A stretch of 63,339 bases of DNA, filler included, from Choristocarpus tenellus KU-1152 (GCA_964200185.2; 11 parts of 11 records of this genome joined end to end with filler, not necessarily neighbours in it); one strand, 5' to 3'. Counted from the whole stretch's first letter, positions 12,136-25,017 are shown. The notes: generated from the letters alone by a model not told the origin. Program-made: numbers and translations.

Positions 12136-15058
12136 TTATGCAGTAGTCACAGGCTCCTCAGCACGTTGCTGGGCAGCCAGTTTCTTGCGCTCCTCCTTCC
12201 GCTCATTCTTGGCCTTAGACTTGGCCTTGCGTGCCTCTGCCTGCTCCTTTAGTGCCTTCACACGTGCCTGTTACATTCAAGGTGTGCAAACAAAGCGGTG
12301 AGAACAGTCAATTTAATAAATATTAGTACCAAAGGCAATCCAGATTCATCAGTAGACGATAAAGTCTGTATGTTTCAAAGTATCCTCATGATACATGGAA
12401 AAACAAACCAGCTAAAAACGGTAAAACAATCCTTACTGCTTTGTAACCCCATATTTGTATCTATCTACAATGCTTCTTCTACCCTGGAAAAAAAAGTTGT
12501 AAATTATGACTGTCAACAAAGATCAGGCAGGCGAGCAAAGCCCTATCACAACTAACATGCCTATGATTGAATGATGCCAATTTTGCCAACATACCTTCTC
12601 TCCCTTCATCTTGTGGATTGCCTCCATTAGCACACGCTTGTTCTTAAACTGGTTACCCTTGCAGCGGAGGTACCTGGCCAACACAAAAAATAGAGTCACA
12701 GCACAGTACACACTTAGGAATGTAACACAACCTTAAGTACAAGATGGGATCCAACATCTGTCGGGACACTTCTCAAATCAAACAAGCAAAATATTGTGTG
12801 GATGGCCTGAAGTGTGATGAGAATCACGTGATGTTCTTTCCTACTGGAATCCTTCCAGATATTTTCCACTCCAAATTTGCACAATGTATTATCCCTCCTT
12901 CCCTTGCAGATCCTCCCAAATTGGGGCAAGTGATCTGTCCTGTAGTTCAAATATCTTAAACCATGGATCTATAATTTTTTCCCCTACACCATGAAGTTCT
13001 TTAGCTTTTTCTGTCAATTAAATGACATGACATCTTGAAATGATTCCGAGAAGTTGGTCAAAGGGTTAGGGTTACTAAAGCATACATGGAGGGTGTGAGA
13101 AACCTTTTGGGCAAATCTGAGCACCACAGGAAGTTCAAGTTTGAACAAATTCGCAAATACATGGAACAAAACTCCAATTTTTGTATTTTTTATCTTGAAA
13201 ATCCAGCCAGATCTAATTGGCATAATTCACAACCATTTGGAAGTATTGCATGTGTAAGAGCAACACAAGCATGGAAGGAAAATCACAGTACTAGATAACA
13301 ATCTTGTCACCACAAAAAATCTATCCTCATTCAAGGATGTGTCTCACAGGTGGTGGTAGAGGTGCTTGTCTATCTTCTTAGCATCGCGGTACTTGCGAAG
13401 CATACGGCGGAGGACCCTCATGCGGCGCTGCCAGATAAGCTTGAATGGCAGTCGGGCATTAGATGTACCCCTGCGCTTACCAGGCCCTGAGTGTCTTCCT
13501 TTCCTGTGGATATGGTTGTTTCAAGGGTCTGCCTTAGCAGCTTCGAGTTGCGAGTGATCTGTTGCAGCCTAGCACTGCACAGCCTACAATGACTAATGAA
13601 GTCTACTTCACTTCCAAAAAATGGGAAAAGATCAGGTTAATCGAATCCCAACCATCCATGATCACTGGGGCAAGGCTACGACAAATTACATCAGAAAATA
13701 AGGTAATCAAACTCAAGCGAAAGGTTCACATAGACTTCCTCACAACATGGACACTCCCTCCATTATTACCCTCCTGTTAAGGTCAAGAACTACAGTGTCA
13801 TTCACCCCGATGCATCTCACTCTTCCATTTCGGTTAACAGATCATCAAAAATATTCCGGGCTTACCTCTTAGCCTCATTGCGGGTGTTCACGCGAGCACG
13901 CGAGTGCACCACCTGAGGCTTACGGATGACAAGTCCATCCTTTACCAACTGCAGGCGAAAGATGGGAATAGACAAAACAGGACAGAAATAGCGAAATCTA
14001 CATCAGCAAGAGAGATGACAAGAAGGTTGAGCACGATATAGCCCTTTCAAGCACAACGGAATGCACAACCCACTCGAGTTAGGAACGATCTTCGCAGAAG
14101 TGAAAAAGATGCGTCACAACTCCTGAAAATAGACCACTCGTGTTCATGCGATCACCTTGCGGATATTTTGGCGAGAGTTGGCCAGAGAGATTTCATTGAC
14201 CTCGTTAGGGTCCAGCCAGACCTTCCCCTTGCCACACTTCAGCACGGAAGCGGCTAGCCGCTTCTGCAACTTGAGTGAAACCTGCCAGGGGGCGGGAGCC
14301 ATGTTACAGATTGTTCTTAGGGGAAGGAAAGTCCTTCATCTTAAGACGAAACCAGTCCCTTGGGTAGCAGGAGTCCACGAAATTGCTGATAGTGTAAGCG
14401 ATCGAGAATTTGAGATGAGGTGGGTGGAGAAGAAAAGTCGTCAAAATGCACCATCTTTTCTCGAACATCACTGGCCACACGAGTGTCAGCTATCGGTAGC
14501 AACGGGGCTAATGAACGACAAGTAAGAAGGGTAGAAAAGAACATGCCATGGATAGACTCTCTCAAGGTCAATCTCATTATTACCAAGTACTTACAAGCAA
14601 CCCTTCATCTCGTAGGTTTCAAAAGTGAGGCGTCAGAAATAAAGAAACGAAGCTCGTATTGATGCACCCAGGAAATTCTTCTGGACTACAAAGTCCTCAT
14701 TTATCCTCTAGGGTAGTTCCACATCCCTCAAATACGCTCCAACTGAAACCATGTGGTGGGTCACCTCAAATGGCCAACCCACGCGCATGCCTATTCCATC
14801 AACGGATGTTGTAACCCCGGTAGATTGACTAGAATAAAAACCTCCAATTTTGAGCTACTACATCAATGGCTGAACGTTCACACAAAGACGGAGGCTGGTG
14901 GTAAACGTTGAGGCTCCACCGTTAAAGGCACATTCGGCATTCGAATAGCTGACTTCCTCTCGAGTGGACAATTCGCTAGAAACGAGGATATTGCATTGCC
15001 TCTACACCACCTACAACGTAGCCTCCATCGCTGCCTGTAAGATACCAAAGCTCACCAT
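12136..15058 (-). CDS. RPL19: 60S ribosomal protein L19 (eL19), 192 aa; exons 15058-15056, 14281-14156, 13948-13866, 13503-13348, 12673-12595, 12267-12136
   Basis: M|[42 protein letters not shown]|LVKDG...[19 protein letters not shown]...KIDKHLYH...[17 protein letters not shown]. All GT-AG; 579 nt in total. The ATG-only first exon (aaaATG|gtgag) is inferred. Confidence 0.96.
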
Positions 15059-16091
15059 TTTTCCCGGGCAGCCACGCCCTGGATGTGTCCTATCCGACTG
15101 TCGATGACCCTCCCTCAGCCACCAGACTTGGGAGTTGCTTTTTTTTTTTCAAAACCATTTCATCCAACCGACCTCGCGCGAAACGCGCGGAACACGCCTC
15201 TCCTAGTCCTTGACAGTGACAATAGGTCCAACATGGAGGTTCTTGCGTTTCCTTCTTTCTGGTACAATCAATCGGTTGGTACGGAAACGGTCCGCTCAAT
15301 ATATTCTTCCTCTTAGTTACGGCCTTGGTGTACGAGTAGTATGTTCCTATTTTACTGGGAAAGCGCCGAAGGCCCCATGTGTCAGCTGGGAATCGTGGCT
15401 CAGTCCCAGGTTGGTTCAAGGGACACTGCATAACTCACCTCCTCACCTGTTCAACAGGGATCATCACGAAGCCTGCTACTGTTCTCGCAGTATTATGTAT
15501 GGTGGCTGGGAGGGACTCTTCCTTGTTTAGGGCGAAAGGACACTGAGTATGACCTGGACCCTGTATGAGTTAGATCCTGAAGGAGGGATTTTGTCCCAGG
15601 TTGGTCCAGGCAATTCCAGCTTGGTCTGGCTTCCTTTGTTCATGTTTCGAGTTACGAAGCGAATAAATTTCTCACAGTAAGTATTCACTTCTTGATGTCT
15701 TTCCATGGCTGTGTCTGTCGAAGCTGGAACTTGTTCGTTGATAGTGCTGTTGATACACTATAGACACCACTAATGGATCAACGATCAACCACCTTCCCAC
15801 AATGGTGCTGGCCATGAATCGTTGAATTGAGTGCGCTCTCTCAATTGTGAATCCTGTAGCTCGTTTGTGCTATCGAAAGGTGCTAAGGAGGTGCATGGTG
15901 GCGTGTAGAACCAGCACTGGAATTTTGCATGACGTCAACAACGAGTTGTGTGTGTGCCATTGTTGACTCAGTTGCTGATCTTTCGCCACCTNNNNNNNNN
16001 NNNNNNNNNNNNNNNNNNNNNNNNNNNNNNNNNNNTTAATTAATTAANNNNNNNNNNNNNNNNNNNNNNNNNNNNNNNNNNNNNNNNNNNN

Positions 16092-16164
16092 CGTCTTGCC
16101 CGGTGATTCTCTTCGACACCCTTGCCTGAGTGAACCACGTCGCCACAGAATCACACGATTCACA
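16092..16164 (+). mobile_element. LTR end (repeat shared with 3876-3939 and 24943-25016)
   Basis: Near-identical to 24943-25016; homology stops exactly at ...cacgattcaCA. Confidence 0.65.
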
Positions 16165-18507
16165 CTCATACATTTTATACATGTATCAACGCAAACCCAA
16201 ACCAAAATAATAATATGTTTTTATTATTCCCTCAAATATATTTTCCTCAAAGTCACTCCCAAAAAATATGTTCTGAATGGAACTAAGAATATAAAACAAT
16301 GTTCTATGTGTATATCTACATTAGTGTTGTTGATATGCTTCTAAGATACGTACAACCTAGATGAGGAATTATCCCAACATCTGTGAGGCACGATCTTACC
16401 CATTTCTATATTCCCATATGTAACCACCATACTAATTAAAAACTTAATTTCTTCTAGTTCTCAACAATTATCATGCTCATATGTGTGGTAATACAATATG
16501 ATACTAGAAGTTATTGTTGTTGTGATGATGCTGAGATGGTGTGTGGCGAATACTTTCATTATAATTATTACTCTTCCCACTCTTAGTCTTGAAATATATG
16601 AGTATGTCTTACGAAGTTAAGAGTACAATGAAATTACTTATTGATCCTGAACAAGCATATATATGTGTGAGGGGATTATATTATACATCTTCAAAATGTG
16701 AGAGGGTATAATAATATAAACAAAATAATATGGATAATCTGGAGCCACCAGGGAGACGGGCATGGAGGGGTTTGTTGGATTCTTGGGATGCCTCCCTAGC
16801 TCCTCACCCTGGGATACAGGAGGAATAGGTAGATTGGAGGCACAGGAAGGCAGTGGTACAACAGAGATAGTAGTCAAATAACAAACAGATAAGTGTTTTT
16901 TACATTTGTTACATATTTGATTTCTTTAGGTGAATAGTTTTCGTTGGTTTTCCCCCCTGACACATTATTTGGAAATGTTAGAGGGCATAATAATATATGG
17001 ATAATTGTTCCTTGTTATATACACATATGTATATAGTTTTCATTGGTTTTCCCCTGACACATCTGCAAAATGTCAGAGGGCATAATAATATAATATAGTT
17101 GTTCCTTTATTTTTGTTCCTTACGACAATTGTAACACAACTATGTTAGTGTTCTTATCACATAATATATTATTGAACAAATAATTCTTGAATTGGATAGT
17201 ATGATTTTTTTTGAGGATACACTCGTAGTATGTCTGTTATGGTATTCGTGTTTTCAGAACTTCAGTTTAAGAGCCCAGATTTTATTTTTATTACTTTCGT
17301 CAGGATATTTGACGAATAGGTCACATCAGAAGTGTATTGGGAAGGTACACCTGTCCTAGGTCCTTGCTCACCTTATTATGACTACGTTCGAGATAAAACA
17401 GAGAGTATACATTACTTAGTAACATCCTCGAACAGGATGCACTGTTGAATGTTAGTTTTCAAATAGTTTTTTTTTGGGGAGTGTCTTAGTGATGACAACC
17501 GCTGTTGTATCTATAGTAGCAGTCGTTGCCATCTACTTTTTTTTGGTGTTGGTTCGCCCCCCCTGCAGCACATCTATCTGGAAAATATCAAGAGGAGGGT
17601 GCAACTACTAATACATAATACATCAAATTATTACAGGAAAGGAGGTTTCAAGTCCAGATTGAGGCAGATAGTGTCCGTTACTGAACAAGTGACTCTCTGT
17701 AGACGCGTCATACTTTTCAAGCTATAAAGACACCAGGCAGGTAGGTAAGAAGGGACGTGACAGATTCTTGAGATGCTTCGCTACATCCTCACTAACGTTC
17801 GGAGGACTAAGGTAGGTTTGAAGTGTAAGAGTGTACACACTACTTAGTACTGAGCTTTTAAGGAAACATTACAATATTGTTAAGTTTTCAAATGTTGTAT
17901 ATTTTAGGAAGTTGTCTTATGTTTACGTAACTATTGTTTCTGTAACATTAGTAAAGTGGTACCAGTAGCTTACCCCTCTGGAGAAATCTTGCTTTTTTTA
18001 AGGATATTGCCACAAGAATTACGAAACAATATAAGTATCAATTGAAAGCTGATAACAAGAGCTTTTGAAAGTGTGTATGCATCAATGTACTAACTTCGAT
18101 GAACGGGATCTATGCCTCGATGAAATAATGGCAAAAACGTGGAGGAACACCTCCGGCGCAATTTTGATGGTCATAACCTTAAAGGTACAAAAACGAAGTG
18201 GTTGGATGAATTCCCCTCAAAACATTGATACGGGTTAGACCACTGCTCAAATATGGAACGTGTGGCAAAACCAAAAAAAAGGCAAGATTTACGGACATCT
18301 TTTTAGAGCGCCATTGTGCAGAATGTTTTAGAGCACACACACACGTGACCCACACAGCAACAAGAACCACAAGGATGAGACAAGGAGAGCTGCCGAGGCC
18401 ACTCTGCCTCCTGGGTCTACCCTCGGCACCTTCTCTGTCGAGAGGCGACAGAAAAACAAGTACCGTGTGACACTCAGTGCAATGTTAGGTGACGAGAAAG
18501 TGCACTG

Positions 18508-19252
18508 TACTGTGGTGCAGCAGCACGATCAAATAACGCAATGGACCATGGGGCCGCGATGCTGACGCTGAGAAACGATGCATGGATAGTATTACCACAC
18601 ATATGTGCCTGGATCTTCAACCGCTGCAGTAGAGATCTGCCGCCTTGGGAAAGCAGGAACAGAGCGGCGAGTCCATCACAAGGTGGTACAATGACGAAGT
18701 CTGTGGGGAAGCCTGGTCATGGCGGGCGAAGGGAGAACCAGAGTGACTGGCCCAAGGGAAGATTGGGGAGGAGAGCAGTGCGACTGCGTGCCATTGTGCT
18801 CAGGAAACGCATAAGCGAAACCCCAGGTGTAGAATATCTTAGTAGTCGACAGTTGCTGCAGGCCCTGGCTGTTTGGAAGCTATGCGAGCTGGAGTGGCTT
18901 AAGGAAACGAGAAAAAAAGGTGTTAGAGTTGGGGTGCAAGGGCTCTAAAGTTCGAAAGAACGTCAAAAGGGCTCGCAAGACGGAGTAGAAAGCGATTGTA
19001 AGAAAGGCAGCTGCGGAGACCTTTTGCTACCACCAAATCCTTTACTTAGAAAAGGTCGCAAAGCAGGTGGATGTAGCCATCGGCGAGGACACCAGGGAAG
19101 AAGAGGAGATGAGATTGAGACTATGTGCCCACTGAAGGTTTGTTGTCTCCCACTTCTTGCAAGATGCCGTACATTCCCTTTTGTTCCTGGAGTTAGGGTT
19201 GGACGAATAAAGTTGATTAAGACTTCCTCCCTGCCTGTATTCATTCGAGAAA
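18508..19252. repeat. Dispersed repeat (probable TE relic), homologous to 57296-58230
   Basis: Colinear match, e.g. caggaaacgc...gtgtagaatatcttagtagtcgacagttgc and tctcccacttcttgcaagatgccgtacatt in both copies. Confidence 0.85.
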
Positions 19253-20355
19253 TTTTGTGGGAAAGGGGGTTGTTAGATCCCGGAATGACGAAGGATGAAG
19301 GGAAAGGGAGAGAAACATAACCCTAGCAAAAGCATGTTGCATGTGGTCGGAGAGCAAAGGGACTTCAACGAGGTAGTTCCTAGTCTTCCACTTCTTGTTG
19401 AGTGGTACGGAGGGGTATGTGTTACAGTGTGCCCTAGAACTCACCTCCATAGGATGTACAACTCAAATCCAACGACCTTAGAACGATGCTATAGAGGCGT
19501 TGCCTTTAAAACCAGTTTATTGGACGTCAGACAGTCTTCTCTTGATACTCCACTCAGTACGTAGCTCAAAGCTTGACTCAATGCTTCGTTCAAGATAAGG
19601 ACTGATTTGAAGAGGTAAGGATCATCTCATCCAAAAGTCCTTCCCATATGTTCATCATTCGCCCGACCTCTTCAGACTTTAAGTCAAAAAGACATCTGCA
19701 ACCTGTTGTCAACGTACTCAAATTACAAAACCTTTCTGCAACTTCCAGGGATTTAACATCTATTCTGTGAGGTAATGTATGCATCTCAAATCTTGCTCCA
19801 GGTCTCTTATCAATTCAATGTTCCTCTTTTGTATGAATTCTTACATATGTATACTGTTCGCACATGTTGGCACGCGGAAGGAAAATGCTCGCACTATTCG
19901 CCTGTAACATATGCCCAATGCTCCCAAAGAGGCACAAGTCTCATAGGCGCCCAGCACATTCGGATTTCCTTGTGGCAGATGGAAGCAAGAGTTGCATTTA
20001 CATTTGTCATTCATCCTCTAAGACGTTCGTTTGGCTGACGTTTATGGTTAGACTTAACCAGGTATACTTTAATGAAGTAGTAGTACATCTGTTCGTATTC
20101 TTGCTGACCTACAATCCAGGGTTCGAACCCCAATATGAGCGCTCGTTCTTAAAAAAAAGGAAAGATCGAAAAAAAACACGAACCTAACTCTAAAGGGTGT
20201 TGTGACAAACATCACAAATGTCCTTTTATTTTAAAAATCCGATGTCTACATCAAAAATTATTATCGGACGAAAAAAATCCGATCGTGACAAGAGAAACCT
20301 ATGTTATACCGAGCAACAGTGCTCGTAGGCATTTTATACGTGTACCTGAACGATG

Positions 20356-20516
20356 GGCTCAAAGTATCTGGGGGGGGCGGGAGGTTGTGAGGGGGCGTCC
20401 GTTTCGGTCAAACAATTATTTTTTTCTGATATTTCAAATCCGACACGTTCGACCAAATCACACCAAAAAAGTGTGAAAAACGGACGCCGACACCACCCCC
20501 CCAGATACTTTGAGCT
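20356..20516. mobile_element. MITE family B copy
   Basis: ggctcaaagtatctggggggg ... cccccccagatactttgagct inverted ends; its right part is the reverse complement of 21019-21095 and 53395-53472. Confidence 0.8.
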
Positions 20517-21018
20517 AGCAAGCACCACATTTATACCACCCCTGCACAGCATACCAGTGTCAAATGTACATAGAACTGTAACTTTCGTAAATTGCAATCA
20601 TTATGATTTATTCACTCATATGTATAGTATACCTTCCCAAGAAAAGCATCCGGAAGCCATTGAATGGCTGGAAAGATGTATCAAATCAACATTCAAAGCC
20701 AATCTACCTCCGATGCCCTGCCCTAGGATTCAATTGCACTCTACAAGGATATTATACAGCAAAGTATCAAAAACGCCACGATGGATCAAATGCAGAGGCA
20801 CCGCCATGGACCCTCCATTACATGCACTGAGTAAAACAACGTATTTGCTAATAAAAAAATCGCAACTGCAAAAAAAAAACTTGATTGTCCGCTTGTTTGA
20901 TTGCCCTTGCCCCGATTGCACTCAGCCAAGTCAGCTTTGCTTTCTGGAGATATATTAGTACGAAACATCGTTCATGCTGCACTCTTCGGTGGTTGTTTCT
21001 AAGCTTGCAAACTCGTCA

Positions 21019-21095
21019 GGGTCAAAGTATCTGGGGGGTGGTGTTGGCGTCCATTTTTCACCCTATTTTCGATTTTCACTTTTTTGGTGTGATTT
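21019..21095. mobile_element. MITE family B, partial copy at contig end
   Basis: gggtcaaagtatctggggggtggtg...; near-identical to 53395-53472. Confidence 0.75.
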
Positions 21096-21195
21096 NNNNN
21101 NNNNNNNNNNNNNNNNNNNNNNNNNNNNNNNNNNNNNNNTTAATTAATTAANNNNNNNNNNNNNNNNNNNNNNNNNNNNNNNNNNNNNNNNNNNN

Positions 21196-21412
21196 TCAAA
21201 ATCCAATGTTGCAATTTTGATGTAATTTTGGTTATCATGTTTGTTAGGAGATGTCAATGTCCTTGTTCCGGACACACCTTTTCATAACGTATTCATTTTA
21301 CCTACTCCAAAACATTTTGGAGCGGGTAAATGTCATGAAAAAAACCCGTGGGAAGCCAAGTCCCAAATGGACAAACAGGGAAAAACTCGTACCCTCTGAG
21401 ATACTTTCACTC
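21196..21412 (-). mobile_element. MITE family A, partial copy at contig start
   Basis: Body matches family A; ends in taccctctgagatactttcactc. Confidence 0.85.
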
Positions 21413-21586
21413 CATACTACATGGTCACCCGAAGATCAATAAGTTGGTTGACAGGGTATCTAGACGCGGGATAACTATCTCAACTTAGGTTGTATAGTTC
21501 AACACAGGGATATCTTGCAACAGCTGTAACCCAACTAGAAGAGGAGTAGAGCGCGACAATCCCACCAATGTCGACAACTCTCTCAC

Positions 21587-22487
21587 CTGCTGGTACATTT
21601 TGTGGATATCTCCTATTGACGCTTCTTTATTCTTCCTCTGTCGCTTGATAGCTTGTTGGAGCTTGAGCTGAAAAAATATCTTATCGTATAACGTGCGCTC
21701 AACCACACTCTCTGTCGCGTCGTTGAATGCTACAGGCATAGTGGTGCAGTGGGCGAACGGGACAAGGGTTAGGTGGGGAGCGATCGCGGGACACACGCGG
21801 CCCGCGGCACCGAGAAACTTGTTGCTGGGGACAGGAATACCACGAGGGATAAAAAAGATGAGCAAAGAAAATATCCACAATGGGCTGACTGACAATGCAC
21901 ATAGAAAAGGGAAACTCGACAACAACTTCGTATATCAGAATAGTCATCAGGTGATCACGGAACAACGAAAACACTCAACTTACTTCGGCGCTTGGTTGAT
22001 CAGAACGGTCAGGCGATTATGGAACAACGAAAACACTCCATCACCCACCGTTGGCAATTAACCTCTCTTCTGTTTGGTTGAACTCCGTGTAGATTCGCAT
22101 GGTGAACGCGCGCTCAGGATCAAACAATATCTTCAGCACTGTTACTCTATGGTTTCCGTCCAAGACTCGCCCTTCAATGGCAAGGGCCGTTTCGGCGTTC
22201 AGTTCATCCACATTACCCAAACTTTCTCTCTGGATGCAAACACTCGGGGCGAACTGTTCCAGCCAGCCTTTCTCTTTTATTGAATTAGCCACGCGCGCAA
22301 GGCCATGCTCGCTCAAAGGACGCACCATATCAGTGCATGTGACGTTTGTGAGTTTTGTCTTAAACGTCCCCAGATAATGTTTATCCAATTGCCGGGACAT
22401 GCCAGTAGGGGGTAGGTCCTGGCTTCTGGATTTCAAACTTTTCCCATCGGCGGGCGGGTGGGTTGTTGTTCTTGAAATGTTCGACAT
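21587..22487 (-). CDS. Spliced ParB/Srx-superfamily (ParB N-terminal-like) protein, 5' part; exons 22487-22049 and 21729-21587
   Basis: VRPLSEHGLARVANSIKEKGWLEQFAPSV (box I-like) ... VLDGNHRVTVLK (GxxR patch) ... ERLIAN|AFNDATE. Phase-1 GT-AG intron with a CCTAAC branch-like site; second donor CAG|gtgag. No further exons found on the contig. Confidence 0.7.
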
Positions 22488-23215
22488 GACAAAGATTGGG
22501 TTAGTGTGATGGGGATGGGTAAGTAAGAGGTCTGCTTGGTATCTATTGAAGGGAATGAATTGAAATGAGGACTGAGGGATGGTACGTGCTGTTTTATGTC
22601 GTCTGACCTTTCGATCCTCCAAACTCAGATTGCACATTTTTTTATGAGAATTGCGTTACAAAAATACGAATATCAAACAGCATAGGATTTCATTTTGAAC
22701 TGGAACAGAGGGTGTCTGTATTTTCGTGACCTATTTGGCCTACTATCACGTTTTGAACGTATGAGATCAATGAAGGATGTGGTTTGTATCTGTACTTGTT
22801 GGTGTAAAGATTAGAATACCATTCTACTTTTGGAAAAACCCTACCGCACATGTTCTGAGTGTTCAACGGCATTACTGCTAACCAATTAGCAGGAATATGA
22901 TAGATCCGCTTTTTTATGTTATCTAGTGTTTATTTAAACTCTAAAGACGCCAAGAAGTGGGTTTAAGGTTTATTTAATTAGTGGATACCAGTTGGAATGA
23001 CTTCTTGGGTTTCTGAAATTGGAAACGTTTGAGACCCCTGAAGTTCGTTCTTAATATTTAAAAAAGCCCTAAGCACGGTTTTCAGTGGGTTTGGTATTTT
23101 AAGAAACCCTACCCCATGTGTAAAATGACTCATAGTGAATAAGTGCCACGTGGTTAGCACGTTTACGTAAACCGACTCTTATTATCGACTTGCACGTTTA
23201 TGACAATCGCTATGT

Positions 23216-23755
23216 GATTCAAAGTATCTTAGAGGTTAGGGTCGAGTCTGAGTGAAAGTATCTTAGAGGGTATGAGTTTTGCCCTGTTTCTCCATTATTT
23301 GAGGCTTGGCTTCCCGTGGGGTTTTTTGTGACACTTTCCTACTCCAAAAAGGGTTGGAGTAGTAGGTAAAATGTAAATGTTATGAAAAACTGTGTCCAGA
23401 ACATGGACATTGATACCTCGTAACAAACAAGATGACCAAAATTACGTCCTAAACACGATGTTGGATTTTGGCTCCCAAACGACCTCTACTCTACCCTCTA
23501 AGATACTTTGGCTCTCTGTTGTCTGTTTGGGGCAAATTCCAATGTTGCGATTTTGATTAATTTCTGTCTGTTGTGTATGTTAGGGATTGTCAATGTCCTT
23601 GTTCCATGCACACCTTTCCACAACATAATAAATATTTCACCTACTACTACTCAAAAATATCTCGGAGCAGGAAAAATATATATAAGAATGTGTGAGGTCA
23701 AGCCCCAAACGGACAAACAGGACAAAAATCATACCCTCTTAAGATACTTTCACTC
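23216..23755 (-). mobile_element. MITE family A outer copy, interrupted by a nested copy
   Basis: TIR gattcaaagtatcttagagg at 23216; the body resumes after 23517 and ends at aagatactttcactc (23755). Confidence 0.75.
23250..23514 (+). mobile_element. MITE family A full copy, nested, TCT TSD
   Basis: gagtgaaagtatcttagagggta ... taccctctaagatactttggctc, flanked by tct/tct. Confidence 0.9.
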
Positions 23756-23841
23756 ATCATGTCCGATTCGGTAAGATTTTGTACTTCAAATACATGGATA
23801 GAGGGTTGGGGTTGTTTTTTGACTAACCCTGGTTACTGTAA

Positions 23842-24660
23842 ATTGGAAACATGCAATATAAATTAAGTATGTGATTGATATCTTGAAAAATACAAATCAC
23901 TATTGATATAATTATATTTTATAGAAATGGAAATCACGGATATAATCTGATTTACAATTTCTGAAAAATGTAACGCACGAATTTTCGGGATCGGTGGGAT
24001 CGAAAGGGTGGTCCCACCGATCGCCCGAGGATGAAACAAAGTTGATTTAGGAACATTGGAAATGTACCATAACAACTAAGTATGTGTTCGGTATCTTAAA
24101 AAATAGAAACATTGATATAATTGGATTTAAAAAAAATAGAAATCACGGATATAATCTGATTTACAACTTCTGAAAAATATAACGCACGGTTTTTCTGGAC
24201 CAGTGGGATCGAAAGGGTGGTCCCACCGATAGCCCGAGGACGAAACAAAGTTGACTTCGGAACATTGGAAATGTACAATAACAATCAAGTATGTGTTTGG
24301 TATCTTAAAAATAGAAACGCTGATATAATTGGATTTAAAAAAATATAGAAATCACGGATATAATCCGATTTACAACTTCTGAAAAATGTCACGCACGGTT
24401 TTTCAGGATCGGTGGGATCGAAAGGGTAGTCCCACCGATAGCCCAAGGACGAAACAAAGTTGACTTCAGAACATTGGAAATGTACAATAACAATCAAGTA
24501 TGTGTTTGGCATCTTAAAAAATAGAAACGCTGATATAATTGGAAGTTTTAAAAATAGAATTCACGTATATAATCTGATTTACAACTTCTGAAAAATATAA
24601 CGTACAGATTTTCAGGGTCGGTGGGATCGAAAGGGTGGTCCCACCGATCCTGAAAAAGAT
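23842..24660. repeat. Tandem array of ~210-bp units (about 4 copies), each with a GC-rich hairpin
   Basis: Unit marker aagtatgtg at 23865, 24078, 24287 and 24496; each unit has the consensus atcggtgggatc-gaaagggt-ggtcccaccgat with minor variants. Confidence 0.92.
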
Positions 24661-24677
24661 CAAATAAAGTTCATACG

Positions 24678-24842
24678 GACCCGAAGTATCTTAGAGGGTA
24701 GAGTCGCCTCCATTTGGGGGTCAAACCCAATGTTGCGATTTTCATGTAATTTTGGCCATCGTGTTTATTAGGAAGTGTCAATATCCATGTTCTGAACACA
24801 CCTTTTCATCACGTATACACTTTACCTACTCCTAAACATTTT
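24678..24842 (-). mobile_element. MITE family A, partial copy at contig end
   Basis: gaagtatcttagagggtagagtcgcctccatttgggg..., matching the family A end. Confidence 0.8.
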
Positions 24843-24942
24843 NNNNNNNNNNNNNNNNNNNNNNNNNNNNNNNNNNNNNNNNNNNNTTAATTAATTAANN
24901 NNNNNNNNNNNNNNNNNNNNNNNNNNNNNNNNNNNNNNNNNN

Positions 24943-25016
24943 CTGTCTTGCCCAGTGATTCTCTTCACCACCCTTGCCTGAGTGAACCACGCGGCCACAG
25001 AATCACACGATTCACA
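24943..25016 (+). mobile_element. 3' end of the 5' LTR of a Gypsy element
   Basis: Multi-copy repeat ending in CA, followed after 1 nt by a TGG-initiated PBS and then pol sequence. Confidence 0.7.
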
Positions 25017-25017
25017 T

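Noticed and set aside
12268-15055. Intronic snoRNAs in RPL19
   Set aside because: No convincing box C/D pair with a terminal stem on the sense strand by eye; needs an Infernal/snoscan search.
24225-24250. GAGGACGAAAC in the 210-bp units, reminiscent of a hammerhead ribozyme
   Set aside because: The required CUGAUGA core is absent (reads CCGATAG) and no consistent stems I/III were found.
23842-24660. Possible CRISPR-like array of palindromic repeats
   Set aside because: The sequence between hairpins is itself repeated rather than unique spacers; no cas genes; eukaryotic context.
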